DNA of 64,000 bases from Nitrospirota bacterium (GCA_035623825.1 DASPSR010000007.1:128001-192000), one strand, 5' to 3'. Positions 10,444 through 19,945 are shown, counted from the first letter of the stretch. A program made the numbers and translations. The notes: generated by a model not told the origin, from the sequence alone.

Positions 10444-10971
10444 CTATTTGATAGCCCCACACGCTACCCTTCCACCTCCGCCTCCCAGCGGAGCCGGCAT
10501 ATCGGAATAATTGTCGCCTCCGGCATGGATCATGAGAGACCGTCCCTTCAAATCGGCTGTCTTGAGCCGTGGTGCCAGAACGGGCGTTGTGGCTTTCCCG
10601 TCAGCGCCGACGTATAAAGCCGGCAAATCGCCGAGATGCCCCTGAGCAAAGGGCCCTTCGTGCTTACTTGTTCCAGCAGGATCGTAGTGCCCTCCCGCCG
10701 CAAGGCCTGACACCTGCTTGCCATCTTTCATAGCCGGGCCGCAATCAGGATTCTGATGCACATGAAAACCATGAATACCCGGCGTCAACTCACTGAGATC
10801 CGGAACCAGCAGCAGCCCGTACTGCGTGTCCGAGATGCTCACCGTGCCGATGCTCTTTCCTGTGCCCTGGTCTGTTATGAGGTTCATTTGAACGACAATT
10901 CCTCCGGCGAACGCAGTCCCTGCGATCACTACTGCAAACACAATCAGCAGAACATATAGACCTTTTCTCAT
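10444..10971 (-). CDS. sodC: Periplasmic Cu/Zn superoxide dismutase
   Basis: Signal peptide; [42 protein letters not shown]. Confidence 0.96.
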   Translation of the reverse strand: MRKGLYVLLIVFAVVIAGTAFAGGIVVQMNLITDQGTGKSIGTVSISDTQYGLLLVPDLSELTPGIHGFHVHQNPDCGPAMKDGKQVSGLAAGGHYDPAGTSKHEGPFAQGHLGDLPALYVGADGKATTPVLAPRLKTADLKGRSLMIHAGGDNYSDMPAPLGGGGGRVACGAIK

Positions 10972-11044
10972 GATGTTTTCCTCCTTTGGAAGTTTTTATG
11001 TTTAAATTATAACACATCCTACATGCCCGAGACCTGGCGAAACA

Positions 11045-11072
11045 TTGACAATCAGGTTCAAGGTGGTAAAAT
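11045..11072 (+). promoter_or_regulatory. Sigma70 promoter of aconitase operon
   Basis: TTGACA-N16-TAAAAT with extended -10 TG, about 140 nt upstream of the aconitase ATG. Confidence 0.7.
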
Positions 11073-11211
11073 TAATCATAGAAAGGCCCATTAAAAAGGA
11101 CTACTAACATCCTGTTTTTATGAGGTCTTGATTACGGCGAATGGCCCTTTGGTCTACCCCTCGGAAGGGGGGCTATGCTGAACGGGCTTTCAACCATAAG
11201 ACTATGGACGT

Positions 11212-13161
11212 ATGAAAGTGAACAAGAACCTAACTCATCAAATTTTAGAGGCCCACCTGGTGGAAGGGAAACTGGTTGCCGGCAGGGAGATTGGCATCAG
11301 GATCGACCAAACCCTGCTTCAGGATGCCACGGGAACGCTCGCCATGCTGGAGTTCGAGGCATTGGGACTCAATGCGGTCAAGGTAGGGCTTGCAGCGCAA
11401 TACGTGGACCATAATCTCCTCCAGACGGATAACAAGAATGCCGATGATCACAAGTTCCTCCAGACCGCATCCGCACGATATGGTGTTTTTTTCAGCAAGC
11501 CGGGCAACGGCGTATCGCATCAGGTGCACATGGAGCGTTTCGGCGGTCCGGGCAAAATACTTCTAGGCGCGGATAGCCACACCCCGGGTGCTGCGGGTGT
11601 TTCCATGCTGGGCATCGGGGCGGGGGGATTGGATGTCGCCTTGGCTATGGCCGGATATCCCTATTATCTTCCTTGCCCCATAGTGCTCGGAGTCAAACTT
11701 ACGGGCAAACTCCCTGAATGGGTGAGTGCCAAGGACGTGATACTGGAGATGCTGCGGCGTTACGACGTCAAAGGCTGCGTAGGCAAGATCATCGAGTATT
11801 ACGGCCCGGGGGTCAAGACTCTGTCCGCCACAGACCGCGAGACGATCGGCAACATGGGCACGGAGACGGGGGCAACAACCTCCCTCTTCCCGTCTGATGA
11901 ACGGACGCGGGAGTACCTGTTCGCCCAAGGGCGAGGTGATGCGTGGACTCCGCTTTCTGCCGATGATGGGGCGAAGTATGACGAATATATGGAGATCGAC
12001 CTCTCGAGGCTTGAACCGCTTATTGCCAAGCCTTCGTCGCCGGGTAACGTGGTGCCCGTACGCGAAGTGGCTGGTATCAAGGTGGACCAGGCGATCGTCG
12101 GCAGCAGCGTCAACTCATCCTTCCGAGACCTTATGATTGCGGCCAGAATGCTCGAGGGCCGGCGTATCAATCCCGATACCTCGTTCCATGTAAACCCAGG
12201 GAGCCGCCAGGTGCTCGAGAACGTGTATCGGGCAGGAGGTCTCCTGGCCTTTCTGGCCGCAGGCGCACGCGTCCATGAACCCGGATGTCAGGGGTGCATC
12301 GGCATGGGACAGGCGCCGGGCACCGGTGAGGTGAGCCTCCGCACGTTCCCTAGAAATTTCCCGGGCAGATCGGGGACCAAGGAAGACAGGGTCTATCTCT
12401 GCTCTCCCGAGACGGCGACGGCAGCGGCACTGAAGGGAGTGATCACGGACCCGAGAGATCTTGCACAAGACATGGGATACCCCCGGATCGAAGAGCCTGA
12501 ACAGTACCTTATCGACGAGAAGTCCATCATATTTCCGTCAGAGGCACTGAGGAAGACTGCGATCATCCGCGGGCCGAACATCAAGGCTCTGCCAGAACTG
12601 AAACCCCTTCCCGAAACGCTCGAGGCTGAGGTCGTGCTCAAGGCAGGAGACAACATTTCCACGGACACTATCATGCCGGCAGGGAACCGTGTACTTCCCT
12701 TCCGTTCCAACATTGAAGCGATCAGCGAATTCGTATATTCGCCGATAGATCCCGATTTTGCAAAAGAGTGCAAGTCACGGGGTGCCGTGGTCGTCATTGC
12801 CGGCGAGAACTATGGTCAGGGGTCGAGCCGAGAACATGCAGCGCTCGCACCACGGTATCTCGGCGTTCGAGCAAAAATCGTGAAAAGCTTTGCCCGTATT
12901 CACAAATCGAATCTCTGTAATTTCGGCATCCTACCGCTCACTTTCAGAGACCGTTCGGACTATGACAGGTTGAACAAAGGCATGATGGCAGTGTTTTCGG
13001 ATATCCGAAGGCGGATTGAACGGGGTGACCGGGAAATCCCGGTAGAGATTAATGGACAGACCATAATCACGGTTCTGGACGTGTCCGAGCGTCAGCGGAA
13101 ATATCTGCTGGCGGGAGGGACGCTGAATTTCGTTAAGCAGGAGCTTTTGGCTGGAGTGTGA
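11212..13161 (+). CDS. Aconitate hydratase (short ~650-aa type)
   Basis: QDATGT, YVDHN, DSHT, GCQGCIGMG, RNFPGRSG, ISTDTIMPAG, NYGQGSSREHAA. Confidence 0.93.
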   Translation: MKVNKNLTHQILEAHLVEGKLVAGREIGIRIDQTLLQDATGTLAMLEFEALGLNAVKVGLAAQYVDHNLLQTDNKNADDHKFLQTASARYGVFFSKPGNGVSHQVHMERFGGPGKILLGADSHTPGAAGVSMLGIGAGGLDVALAMAGYPYYLPCPIVLGVKLTGKLPEWVSAKDVILEMLRRYDVKGCVGKIIEYYGPGVKTLSATDRETIGNMGTETGATTSLFPSDERTREYLFAQGRGDAWTPLSADDGAKYDEYMEIDLSRLEPLIAKPSSPGNVVPVREVAGIKVDQAIVGSSVNSSFRDLMIAARMLEGRRINPDTSFHVNPGSRQVLENVYRAGGLLAFLAAGARVHEPGCQGCIGMGQAPGTGEVSLRTFPRNFPGRSGTKEDRVYLCSPETATAAALKGVITDPRDLAQDMGYPRIEEPEQYLIDEKSIIFPSEALRKTAIIRGPNIKALPELKPLPETLEAEVVLKAGDNISTDTIMPAGNRVLPFRSNIEAISEFVYSPIDPDFAKECKSRGAVVVIAGENYGQGSSREHAALAPRYLGVRAKIVKSFARIHKSNLCNFGILPLTFRDRSDYDRLNKGMMAVFSDIRRRIERGDREIPVEINGQTIITVLDVSERQRKYLLAGGTLNFVKQELLAGV

Positions 13162-13238
13162 CAGTGTCAAGATTTTTTTGAAGGCAGCGCTCAGCATGGC
13201 CGCGATAGATGAAAATAGGACCCAGAGGGGAGGCAAGG

Positions 13239-14420
13239 ATGTCTGATGCCGTGAAAGTTAAAAACATCGGGTTGCGTGGGGTCACGGTGGCGGACACAAA
13301 GATATGCCATATAGACGGCGAGCATGGTATCCTCATCTATCGCGGATACCGAATCGAAGAGCTCGCCAGAAACTCGACATTCGAGGAGACTGCTTATTTA
13401 CTTCTCCACGATTCGCTGCCGACCGAGCAGCAGCTCGAAGAATTTAAAACCCGGCTCGTTGAAGCACGGGAGGTCCCGGGATATATCTTCGACAGCCTCA
13501 AAAAGCTGCCCGTACGGTCACACCCTATGGACGTTCTCCAGGGATCCATACCGCTTTTGGCCACGGCTGATCCAGATCTGTCGGTCGAAACGAGAGAGGC
13601 GAACATTGTAAAGGCCGTAAGGCTTATTGCTCGCATCCCCCCGGTTGTCGCAGGCTGGCAGCGAATACGGAACGGCAAGGATCCGGTGCCGGCTGACGAT
13701 ACGCTGTCCCATGCAGGAAACTTTTTGTGGCAGCTCACGGGCACGCAGCCTGATGCCGAGATAGCCCACGATCTCGATACCGTGCTGGTGCTCCACGCCG
13801 ACCATGCATTCAACCCGTCCACCTTCGCCTGCCGTGAGGTCGTGTCCACGCGTGCGCACATGTATGCAGGCGTCGCTGCAGGGGTAGGCGCTTTATCAGG
13901 AAGCCTCCACGGTGGCGCCAACGCCCAGGTGATGAAGATGCTCTTGGAACTCCGCAACGAAAAGGACATCGCGGCGTGGGTAAAAAGACAACTTGATAGC
14001 GGCCAGAAGATAATGGGCATGGGGCATGCAGTCTATAAGACGCTGGATCCCCGAGCCGTGTTTCTGAAGGACATGTGTTTCAGACTTGGCGAGAAGCTGC
14101 GTGAGCCGCACTGGTGCAGGCTTTCGACCCAGATTGAGGAGAGCGCAGTGGCGGAATTCGAAAAACGAGGCAAGACAACAATCAAGCCCAATGTCGATTT
14201 TTATAGCGCACCGGTCTACCACATGATGGGTATTCCACGCGATCTCATGACGCCGCTCTTCGCAGTGTCGAGGATCGCGGGCTGGACCGCACATATCATC
14301 GAGGAAAAGTTCGGCGACGCACAAGATAAACCCGCGCTTTACAGGCCATCATCAGAGTATATCGGCAACTACTGCGGCAAGACAGGTTGCGTTTATGAGC
14401 CGATTGAAGAGAGGAAGTAA
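13239..14420 (+). CDS. gltA: Citrate synthase (short type; 2-methylcitrate synthase not excluded)
   Basis: GLRGVTVADTKIC, LIYRGY, LHADHAFNPSTF, LHGGAN, MGMGHAVYKTLDPRA, PNVDFYS. Confidence 0.9.
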   Translation: MSDAVKVKNIGLRGVTVADTKICHIDGEHGILIYRGYRIEELARNSTFEETAYLLLHDSLPTEQQLEEFKTRLVEAREVPGYIFDSLKKLPVRSHPMDVLQGSIPLLATADPDLSVETREANIVKAVRLIARIPPVVAGWQRIRNGKDPVPADDTLSHAGNFLWQLTGTQPDAEIAHDLDTVLVLHADHAFNPSTFACREVVSTRAHMYAGVAAGVGALSGSLHGGANAQVMKMLLELRNEKDIAAWVKRQLDSGQKIMGMGHAVYKTLDPRAVFLKDMCFRLGEKLREPHWCRLSTQIEESAVAEFEKRGKTTIKPNVDFYSAPVYHMMGIPRDLMTPLFAVSRIAGWTAHIIEEKFGDAQDKPALYRPSSEYIGNYCGKTGCVYEPIEERK

Positions 14421-14556
14421 GGCGCTGAAAGGTATGGTGCCGCAGAGTCAGAGGGCAAAAAAAGAAAACCTGGCTCAACATTCAAGATTAAATGTTCGAT
14501 ACGGCATGATCAGCGCTGCTACTTAAAAAAATCAATCATGGGAAAATGCAAGGGGG

Positions 14557-15969
14557 GTGACAGAAATGAAAGTTCGATCCATGAAAACATACCGAGACAG
14601 AAGCATTAAGATACAATCGATCAACCCCTATAACGAGCAGGTGGTACAGGAATTCGATCTACTGTCGCGTGCCGAACTTGACCGACAGGTTGAGAGGTCC
14701 CGCGAGGCCTTTAACGCTTGGAGGGGCGTTCCGGTCGTTGATCGGGCCAGGCGCGTGAAGACGCTTGGCGACCATTTGCGGGCTGAGAAGAGGAAATATG
14801 CGGAACTCATAACAAGGGAGATGGGGAAGCCCATCAGGGAATCGTTAGCCGAGGTCGAGAAATGTGCATGGCTCTGCGATTATTACGCGGAAAATGCCGA
14901 GCGTTTCCTAAAGCCCGAGGAGATCAAGACGGAGTCGAAGAAGAGCTACGTCGCGTTCGAGCCACTGGGCATCGTGCTCGCGATCATGCCATGGAACTTC
15001 CCTTACTGGCAAGCGTTCCGCTTCGGCATCCCCGCGATAAGCGCGGGGAACGTCGTTTTGCTTAAGCATGCGTCCAATGTGCCTGCGACTGCGCTGTCTA
15101 TCGAGGGCGCATTCCGGGCTGCTGGCTTCCCGGAGAACGTGCTCAAGACCGTGCTCATCGATGCGAATGCCGCACTTAAGCTTATCGACGATGATAAGGT
15201 AGATGCCGTTTCCCTGACGGGAAGCAACAAGGCCGGCGAGAAGGTCGGCGAAAGTGCTGGGAGGAATATCAAGAAGTTCGTGCTAGAACTGGGCGGTTCC
15301 GACCCCTACATAGTCCTTGACGATGCAGACGTAGAAAAGGCGGCTAGGACCGCCGTGAACGCTAGGATGATCAACACCGGTCAGAGTTGCATCGCGGCAA
15401 AGCGCTTCATTGTCATGGAGAAGGTTGCCGAGGAGTTCAAGAAGGTCCTCGTTTCGCGGTTCAAGGAGCTCACGGTCGGCGACCCCATGGACGATACAAC
15501 CGATCTCGGCCCCGTTGCCAAGAAGGAGATCCTTGATTCCCTGAAGGAGCAACTCAGGGATGCGAGGGCAAAAGGCGCCAGCGTCCTGCAGCCCGATCAT
15601 CCCTTTAAGAAGGGCTTTTACTTCGCACCTGCCATTGTCTTCAATCCCAAGGAGAACATGAAGGTCCTCAAAGAGGAGGTGTTCGGACCCATCGCACCGG
15701 TTATCGTCGTCAAGGACGAGGACGAAGCGGTTCGGGTCGCGAACAACACCGACTACGGCCTCGGCGCCTCTGTCTGGAGCCGGAACACGGACAGAGCAGA
15801 GCGGATAGCTTCACGGATCGAGGCTGGTTTCATTGCCATCAACGACATGGTGAAATCCGATCCCCGCTTGCCCTTTGGAGGCGTGAAGAAGTCGGGTGTC
15901 GGCAGGGAGCTATCACATTATGGACTGAGGGAATTCGTGAACATCAAGACCGTGGTTGTAAGGGAATAA
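14557..15969 (+). CDS. NAD(P)-dependent succinate-semialdehyde dehydrogenase (Sad/GabD1-like ALDH)
   Basis: SINP, IMPWNFPYWQ, LKHASNVP, LTGS, LELGGSDP, NTGQSCIAAKRF, EEVFGP, PFGGVKKSG; true start may be 14566 or 14581. Confidence 0.88.
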   Translation: MTEMKVRSMKTYRDRSIKIQSINPYNEQVVQEFDLLSRAELDRQVERSREAFNAWRGVPVVDRARRVKTLGDHLRAEKRKYAELITREMGKPIRESLAEVEKCAWLCDYYAENAERFLKPEEIKTESKKSYVAFEPLGIVLAIMPWNFPYWQAFRFGIPAISAGNVVLLKHASNVPATALSIEGAFRAAGFPENVLKTVLIDANAALKLIDDDKVDAVSLTGSNKAGEKVGESAGRNIKKFVLELGGSDPYIVLDDADVEKAARTAVNARMINTGQSCIAAKRFIVMEKVAEEFKKVLVSRFKELTVGDPMDDTTDLGPVAKKEILDSLKEQLRDARAKGASVLQPDHPFKKGFYFAPAIVFNPKENMKVLKEEVFGPIAPVIVVKDEDEAVRVANNTDYGLGASVWSRNTDRAERIASRIEAGFIAINDMVKSDPRLPFGGVKKSGVGRELSHYGLREFVNIKTVVVRE

Positions 15970-16173
15970 ATCATAAAGACGATCATAACCGTGGAGGCAC
16001 GGAAGAAAGTTCAAGATCCAAATGCCAAAGATAGTTTAGCGGTCGAAAATCAAACAGGTTGCCGAAAGGCTTTCACATTAATATGATATTTGAGCAATGA
16101 TGCTCGCCTTTCTTTTATCGGTGTGCCTCTGTGGTTAAATTTTTGTTTGAGACGTTCGCGAGGATCGTACCCT

Positions 16174-17805
16174 ATGAAGGCATCTGATCTATTCGTAAAG
16201 CAACTCGAAGAAGAGAGCGTCGAGTATATATTTGGCCTTCCCGGGGAGGAGAACCTCGACTTTCTCGAATCGCTCCGCACATCCTCGATTAAGGTCGTCA
16301 TTACGCGGCACGAACAGGCCGCAGCGTTCATGGCCGCCACTTATGGCAGATTGACAGGAAAGGCCGGTGTCTGCTTTTCGACGCTGGGGCCGGGGGCGAC
16401 AAACCTCATGACAGGCGTGGCTCATGCGCAGCTCATCGGCGCACCGCTCATCGCCATCACCGGCCAAAAAGCTCTTCGCGATAACTGGCAGGCAGCCTTT
16501 CAGCTCATCGATGTTGCGAGCATCATGCACCCCGTCACGAAGTATTCCCTCTCAATTGCCGATCCAAGCACCATCCCTACAGTCACGCGGAAAGCGTTCC
16601 GGATCGCACAGTCGGAACGTCCGGGCGCCGTACATATCGAGTTGCCTGAGGATGTCGCCCAGAGCGAGGCGCGCGCGGCCGTACAGAAACGAGGCTATGA
16701 ACGCCGGCCATCTCCTGACCCCAAGGCCGTGGACCGCGCAGCATCCCTGATCAACGCTGCGCAGAACCCCCTCCTCATTCTCTCCTCCGGCGCCAACCGG
16801 AAGTTGATCTCGCGCCGAATAAGCGAGTTCGTGGAGAAAACGGGGATCCACGCGGTTCATACACAAATGGGCAAAGGCGTGCTGAGCGATGCGTCTGAAT
16901 ATAGTCTCTTTGCCACCGGAATCCACAAAAAGGATTTCGTGAACTGTGGCATCGATAAAGCCGACCTCATCGTCACGGTGGGATACAACATCGTCGAGTA
17001 TCCGCCCTACCTCTGGAACGAGCGCTTGGACAAGGAAGTGATCCATATCGGATTCACCCCGGCCGCACTGGACAGGTATTACAACCCTGCTGTCGAAGTT
17101 GTTGGGGATGTGTCAGCGACGCTCAGATCGCTATGTGAGAGGGTTGGGCGAAAGAGCGGAAAAACGTTCCGAGCCATCCGCGCCTATCTGGGGAAAAAGC
17201 TCGCCATTGATCCCACCCGTCAGTTCCCACCCACTCCCCAAGAGGTGGTCTGGCATGTGCGGAATGTGCTGTCCGAGGACGACATCGTTACGATGGACAA
17301 CGGGATCTATAAACTCTGGTTCTCACGGCTCTATAAGACCTATAACCCCAATACTTTTTTACTCGATAATGCCCTTGCGACGATGGGCGCAGGTCTTCCA
17401 TCGGCCACGGCAGCGAAGATGCTCAATCCCGACAAGAATGTCCTCGCTGTAGTGGGAGACGGAGGATTCATGATGAACTCTCAGGAACTGGAGACGGCGC
17501 TCCGATACAACATTCCCGTTGTCGTGCTAATCCTTAACGATAACGCCTTTGGGTTCATCAAGTGGGAGCAGCAGGCCAAGGGCTTCAAAAATTTCAGCTT
17601 GGACTTCGGAAACCCCGACTTTTCACGTTTCGCGGAGAGCTTCGGTGCGGCGGGTTTCAAAGTCCGGAAAGGGGACGACCTCTCGAATGTGTTACGCGAG
17701 GCCTTTGCACTCAAGAGGCCGGCGGTGATCGAATGTCCCATTGATTATTCCGTCAACTATGCAACTTTCTCAAAAGAGCTCTCGAACTTTGTGTGCGAGG
17801 TGTGA
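16174..17805 (+). CDS. ThDP-dependent enzyme of the acetolactate-synthase-like family; probable 2-oxoglutarate decarboxylase
   Basis: IFGLPGEENL, RHEQAAAFMA, STLGPGATN, GDGGFMMNSQELETA (ThDP motif), CPIDYS; no ilvN or ilvC nearby; directly after the SSADH gene. Confidence 0.8.
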   Translation: MKASDLFVKQLEEESVEYIFGLPGEENLDFLESLRTSSIKVVITRHEQAAAFMAATYGRLTGKAGVCFSTLGPGATNLMTGVAHAQLIGAPLIAITGQKALRDNWQAAFQLIDVASIMHPVTKYSLSIADPSTIPTVTRKAFRIAQSERPGAVHIELPEDVAQSEARAAVQKRGYERRPSPDPKAVDRAASLINAAQNPLLILSSGANRKLISRRISEFVEKTGIHAVHTQMGKGVLSDASEYSLFATGIHKKDFVNCGIDKADLIVTVGYNIVEYPPYLWNERLDKEVIHIGFTPAALDRYYNPAVEVVGDVSATLRSLCERVGRKSGKTFRAIRAYLGKKLAIDPTRQFPPTPQEVVWHVRNVLSEDDIVTMDNGIYKLWFSRLYKTYNPNTFLLDNALATMGAGLPSATAAKMLNPDKNVLAVVGDGGFMMNSQELETALRYNIPVVVLILNDNAFGFIKWEQQAKGFKNFSLDFGNPDFSRFAESFGAAGFKVRKGDDLSNVLREAFALKRPAVIECPIDYSVNYATFSKELSNFVCEV

Positions 17806-17849
17806 CCCTAAACAACAACAACAAGAACGACGACGCCGATGAGTGATGA

Positions 17850-17920
17850 TGTATCAGGAGACAATAAAGTTCGCCCAGAGATAACAAAGTTTGCCCTAGA
17901 CAATAGAATTCTTCCAATTA
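17850..17920 (+). mobile_element. Tn7-like right-end remnant: three juxtaposed TnsB-type sites
   Basis: GACAATAAAGTTCGCCC, GATAACAAAGTTTGCCC and GACAATAGAATTCTTCCAAT at 19-20 bp spacing. The third matches the reverse complement of 21620-21640 at 19/21. The terminus is degenerate (TGTATCAG). Confidence 0.65.
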
Positions 17921-17934
17921 GCACCACTTCAAGC

Positions 17935-18060
17935 TCAATTAAAGACTTCCTCAGGATAGACTTCCGGTTTGTAGTAATGTAATGTATCCTCGGAATGTAA
18001 CGGATGATGACCAATTGTATGAGCAATAGTAAAACGCTGCATGTGCGCATGATCGTCTTC
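17935..18060 (-). pseudogene. Fragment of ImmA/IrrE-family metallopeptidase
   Basis: QRFTIAHTIGHHPLH resembles RQRFTIAHE[LI]GHxxLH with the catalytic Glu lost; no intact start or context. Confidence 0.5.
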
Positions 18061-18193
18061 TCTTCCGCCAAGAAATAGTTGCTCCCTCTTTCTTAAAGAA
18101 AACACCCGAGATGCCGCCATCAGAAAATGGAAAAGGAATAATATCAAGCTGTTCGTGAAACTGCCAGATTGTTTCAAAATTCCTGGCCAGCCC

Positions 18194-19735
18194 CTATTCC
18201 CTCGGAGGGCGACTCAGCACATCGAGGGCTACCGGATTTATAAGGCGCAGGTCCTTTGTATAGATCCCGACGCCTGGATATTCGGAATAGTATTCCCAGA
18301 AGCTCCAATGAAGACCTTCATCGCGCATAATACTGGTGAGATCCTGTAGGTATCTGACAACACTTTCCCGAGCCGGGTTCGCGTGGGCAGTGAATTCTCC
18401 AACATAGAGCGGTACCTTGTGAAGGGACTTGAACCGCAATGCATAGCCAAGTTGTTCGAGGATCGCTTTCCTGTCCACATGCCCAAGCATTCTTCGTTTG
18501 TGCCAGGACAGGGAAAGAACATTTTCTCCGGTCGCTCGTTCTGAGCTATACCATCCTGAAAGACGGTACTCGCCTTGTTCAACTTCAAAGGGGCTGCTCG
18601 TTGCTGAACCAGGCGTCTGGCACCCGGACAAAGCCAGGGAGAATTTCCCGGTATGTGCGGCCTTGTCAGTAACACTCACGCATGCGCCCCGAATATTCCA
18701 GCTTATTCCCGGATAATCTATCTCAAAAGAGCTGTTCGAGACGAGGGGGGCGGGCAGTTCAAGAGTGCGACCATCGACTTCAAGCATGATATCATCGACA
18801 AATACGGTCCCGGCATTACCATATGATGAGATGTTCACCAAAAGCAGTTCAGCCCCTTCAGGGGGCCGCGCCCGGACGCTTACGCGTGACCATCCGTTGT
18901 CTCCTGTCATCGTTCCGGTCTTTGTTTCACCGATCTTTTCCCCGAATGTTGTCATCGCTCCGGGGTATGTTAATGCGACTCGTTCCGTTGTGGTCACGTA
19001 GAGGGTGAAAGAGGACGGGTAGAAAAAGTGAATGCTGTAAACCGTGTTCTTGTCTGGGAAAAGAAACAACTCGTTCCTTCCACCAGGCAGCAGGGCTTCT
19101 TCAATAATAAGAATATGGTTCTTGTCGCGTGAGCGTATCTTTTTTATTGTGGTGCTCATGACGCGGATATAATCCTTTCCTGTTGGAGGCTCCCCTTCAT
19201 TCAGGAGATCATATCCTGCGACGATAGTTTGCTGGGCATACCTTTCAGCGATTTTTTCCCACAGCGAGTAGAAGCATTCCTGATGCTCGTCCTTAGACCA
19301 AAAGTCGAAGGCTGTTTGTCTGTGGACGACAAAATCATGGGAGTTCTGGATTCCCGGAGCAAGGTGCATATCGAGGACGACAAAAACAGCATATTTCTTG
19401 CACCAGTTCAGGAGAGTATCGAGGAGGGTAAAGTTGGCTTCGTTGTAGTTGAACGGCTCGACCACAAAGTCTCGATAATCAATCACGAGACGAATGCTGT
19501 TCCAGGCTGAATCGGCAATTCTCCTTATGTCCTGCTCGCCCAGTGCGTGCTTGAAATGCTTGAACTGTACATTGATGCCACGAAGCAGTATCCGTTTGCC
19601 AGAAGCATCAAGGATCTTTTCTCCCTTGACCTGGAGAAATTTTTCTTGGGTATTGCCGGAAGATACTTGTGTGGTATGAAGCAGTATCGAAATGAACAGG
19701 GTAACCGTAAGAATGGTCTTTATCATTATCGTCAA
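18194..19735 (-). CDS. Secreted GH5 glycoside hydrolase with inserted carbohydrate-binding-like domains
   Basis: Signal peptide; LRGIN, NSIRL, VVLDMHLAPG, YDLLNE (acid/base), YSIHFFYP, LYVGEF (nucleophile), WSFWEY; about 200-aa insert with VFVDDI and NSSFE. Confidence 0.88.
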   Translation of the reverse strand: MTIMIKTILTVTLFISILLHTTQVSSGNTQEKFLQVKGEKILDASGKRILLRGINVQFKHFKHALGEQDIRRIADSAWNSIRLVIDYRDFVVEPFNYNEANFTLLDTLLNWCKKYAVFVVLDMHLAPGIQNSHDFVVHRQTAFDFWSKDEHQECFYSLWEKIAERYAQQTIVAGYDLLNEGEPPTGKDYIRVMSTTIKKIRSRDKNHILIIEEALLPGGRNELFLFPDKNTVYSIHFFYPSSFTLYVTTTERVALTYPGAMTTFGEKIGETKTGTMTGDNGWSRVSVRARPPEGAELLLVNISSYGNAGTVFVDDIMLEVDGRTLELPAPLVSNSSFEIDYPGISWNIRGACVSVTDKAAHTGKFSLALSGCQTPGSATSSPFEVEQGEYRLSGWYSSERATGENVLSLSWHKRRMLGHVDRKAILEQLGYALRFKSLHKVPLYVGEFTAHANPARESVVRYLQDLTSIMRDEGLHWSFWEYYSEYPGVGIYTKDLRLINPVALDVLSRPPRE

Positions 19736-19774
19736 TGGGCGGGACAGGTAATGAGACTTTTTGAAGGCCTGATG

Positions 19775-19945
19775 TTAAGATGTCTTCATTGTCCGGGGAT
19801 CTGAGCAAGGTTCCCCTCTCCTGCACTGCGAAGACTTAGTCCCGCATAGAGTGTACCAGTTCTTGAAGCCGTAGTAGAATACAAGCGTCACATAAATGCA
19901 GATCGCCGCCACGACGGCTATGATGATCAGCATGATCGTCACCAT
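19775..19945 (-). CDS. Small (56 aa) single-TM protein with Cys-containing tail
   Basis: Below the ORF-track cutoff. SD AGGAGGT then MVTIMLIIIAVVAAICIYVTLVFYYGFKNWYTLCGTKSSQCRRGEPCSDPRTMKTS; ends 40 bp before the GH5 gene. Confidence 0.6.
   Translation of the reverse strand: MVTIMLIIIAVVAAICIYVTLVFYYGFKNWYTLCGTKSSQCRRGEPCSDPRTMKTS

Noticed and set aside
16174-17805. Calling this gene ilvB
   Set aside because: No regulatory subunit or ilvC nearby; motifs and the SSADH neighbour fit the decarboxylase-like clade better.
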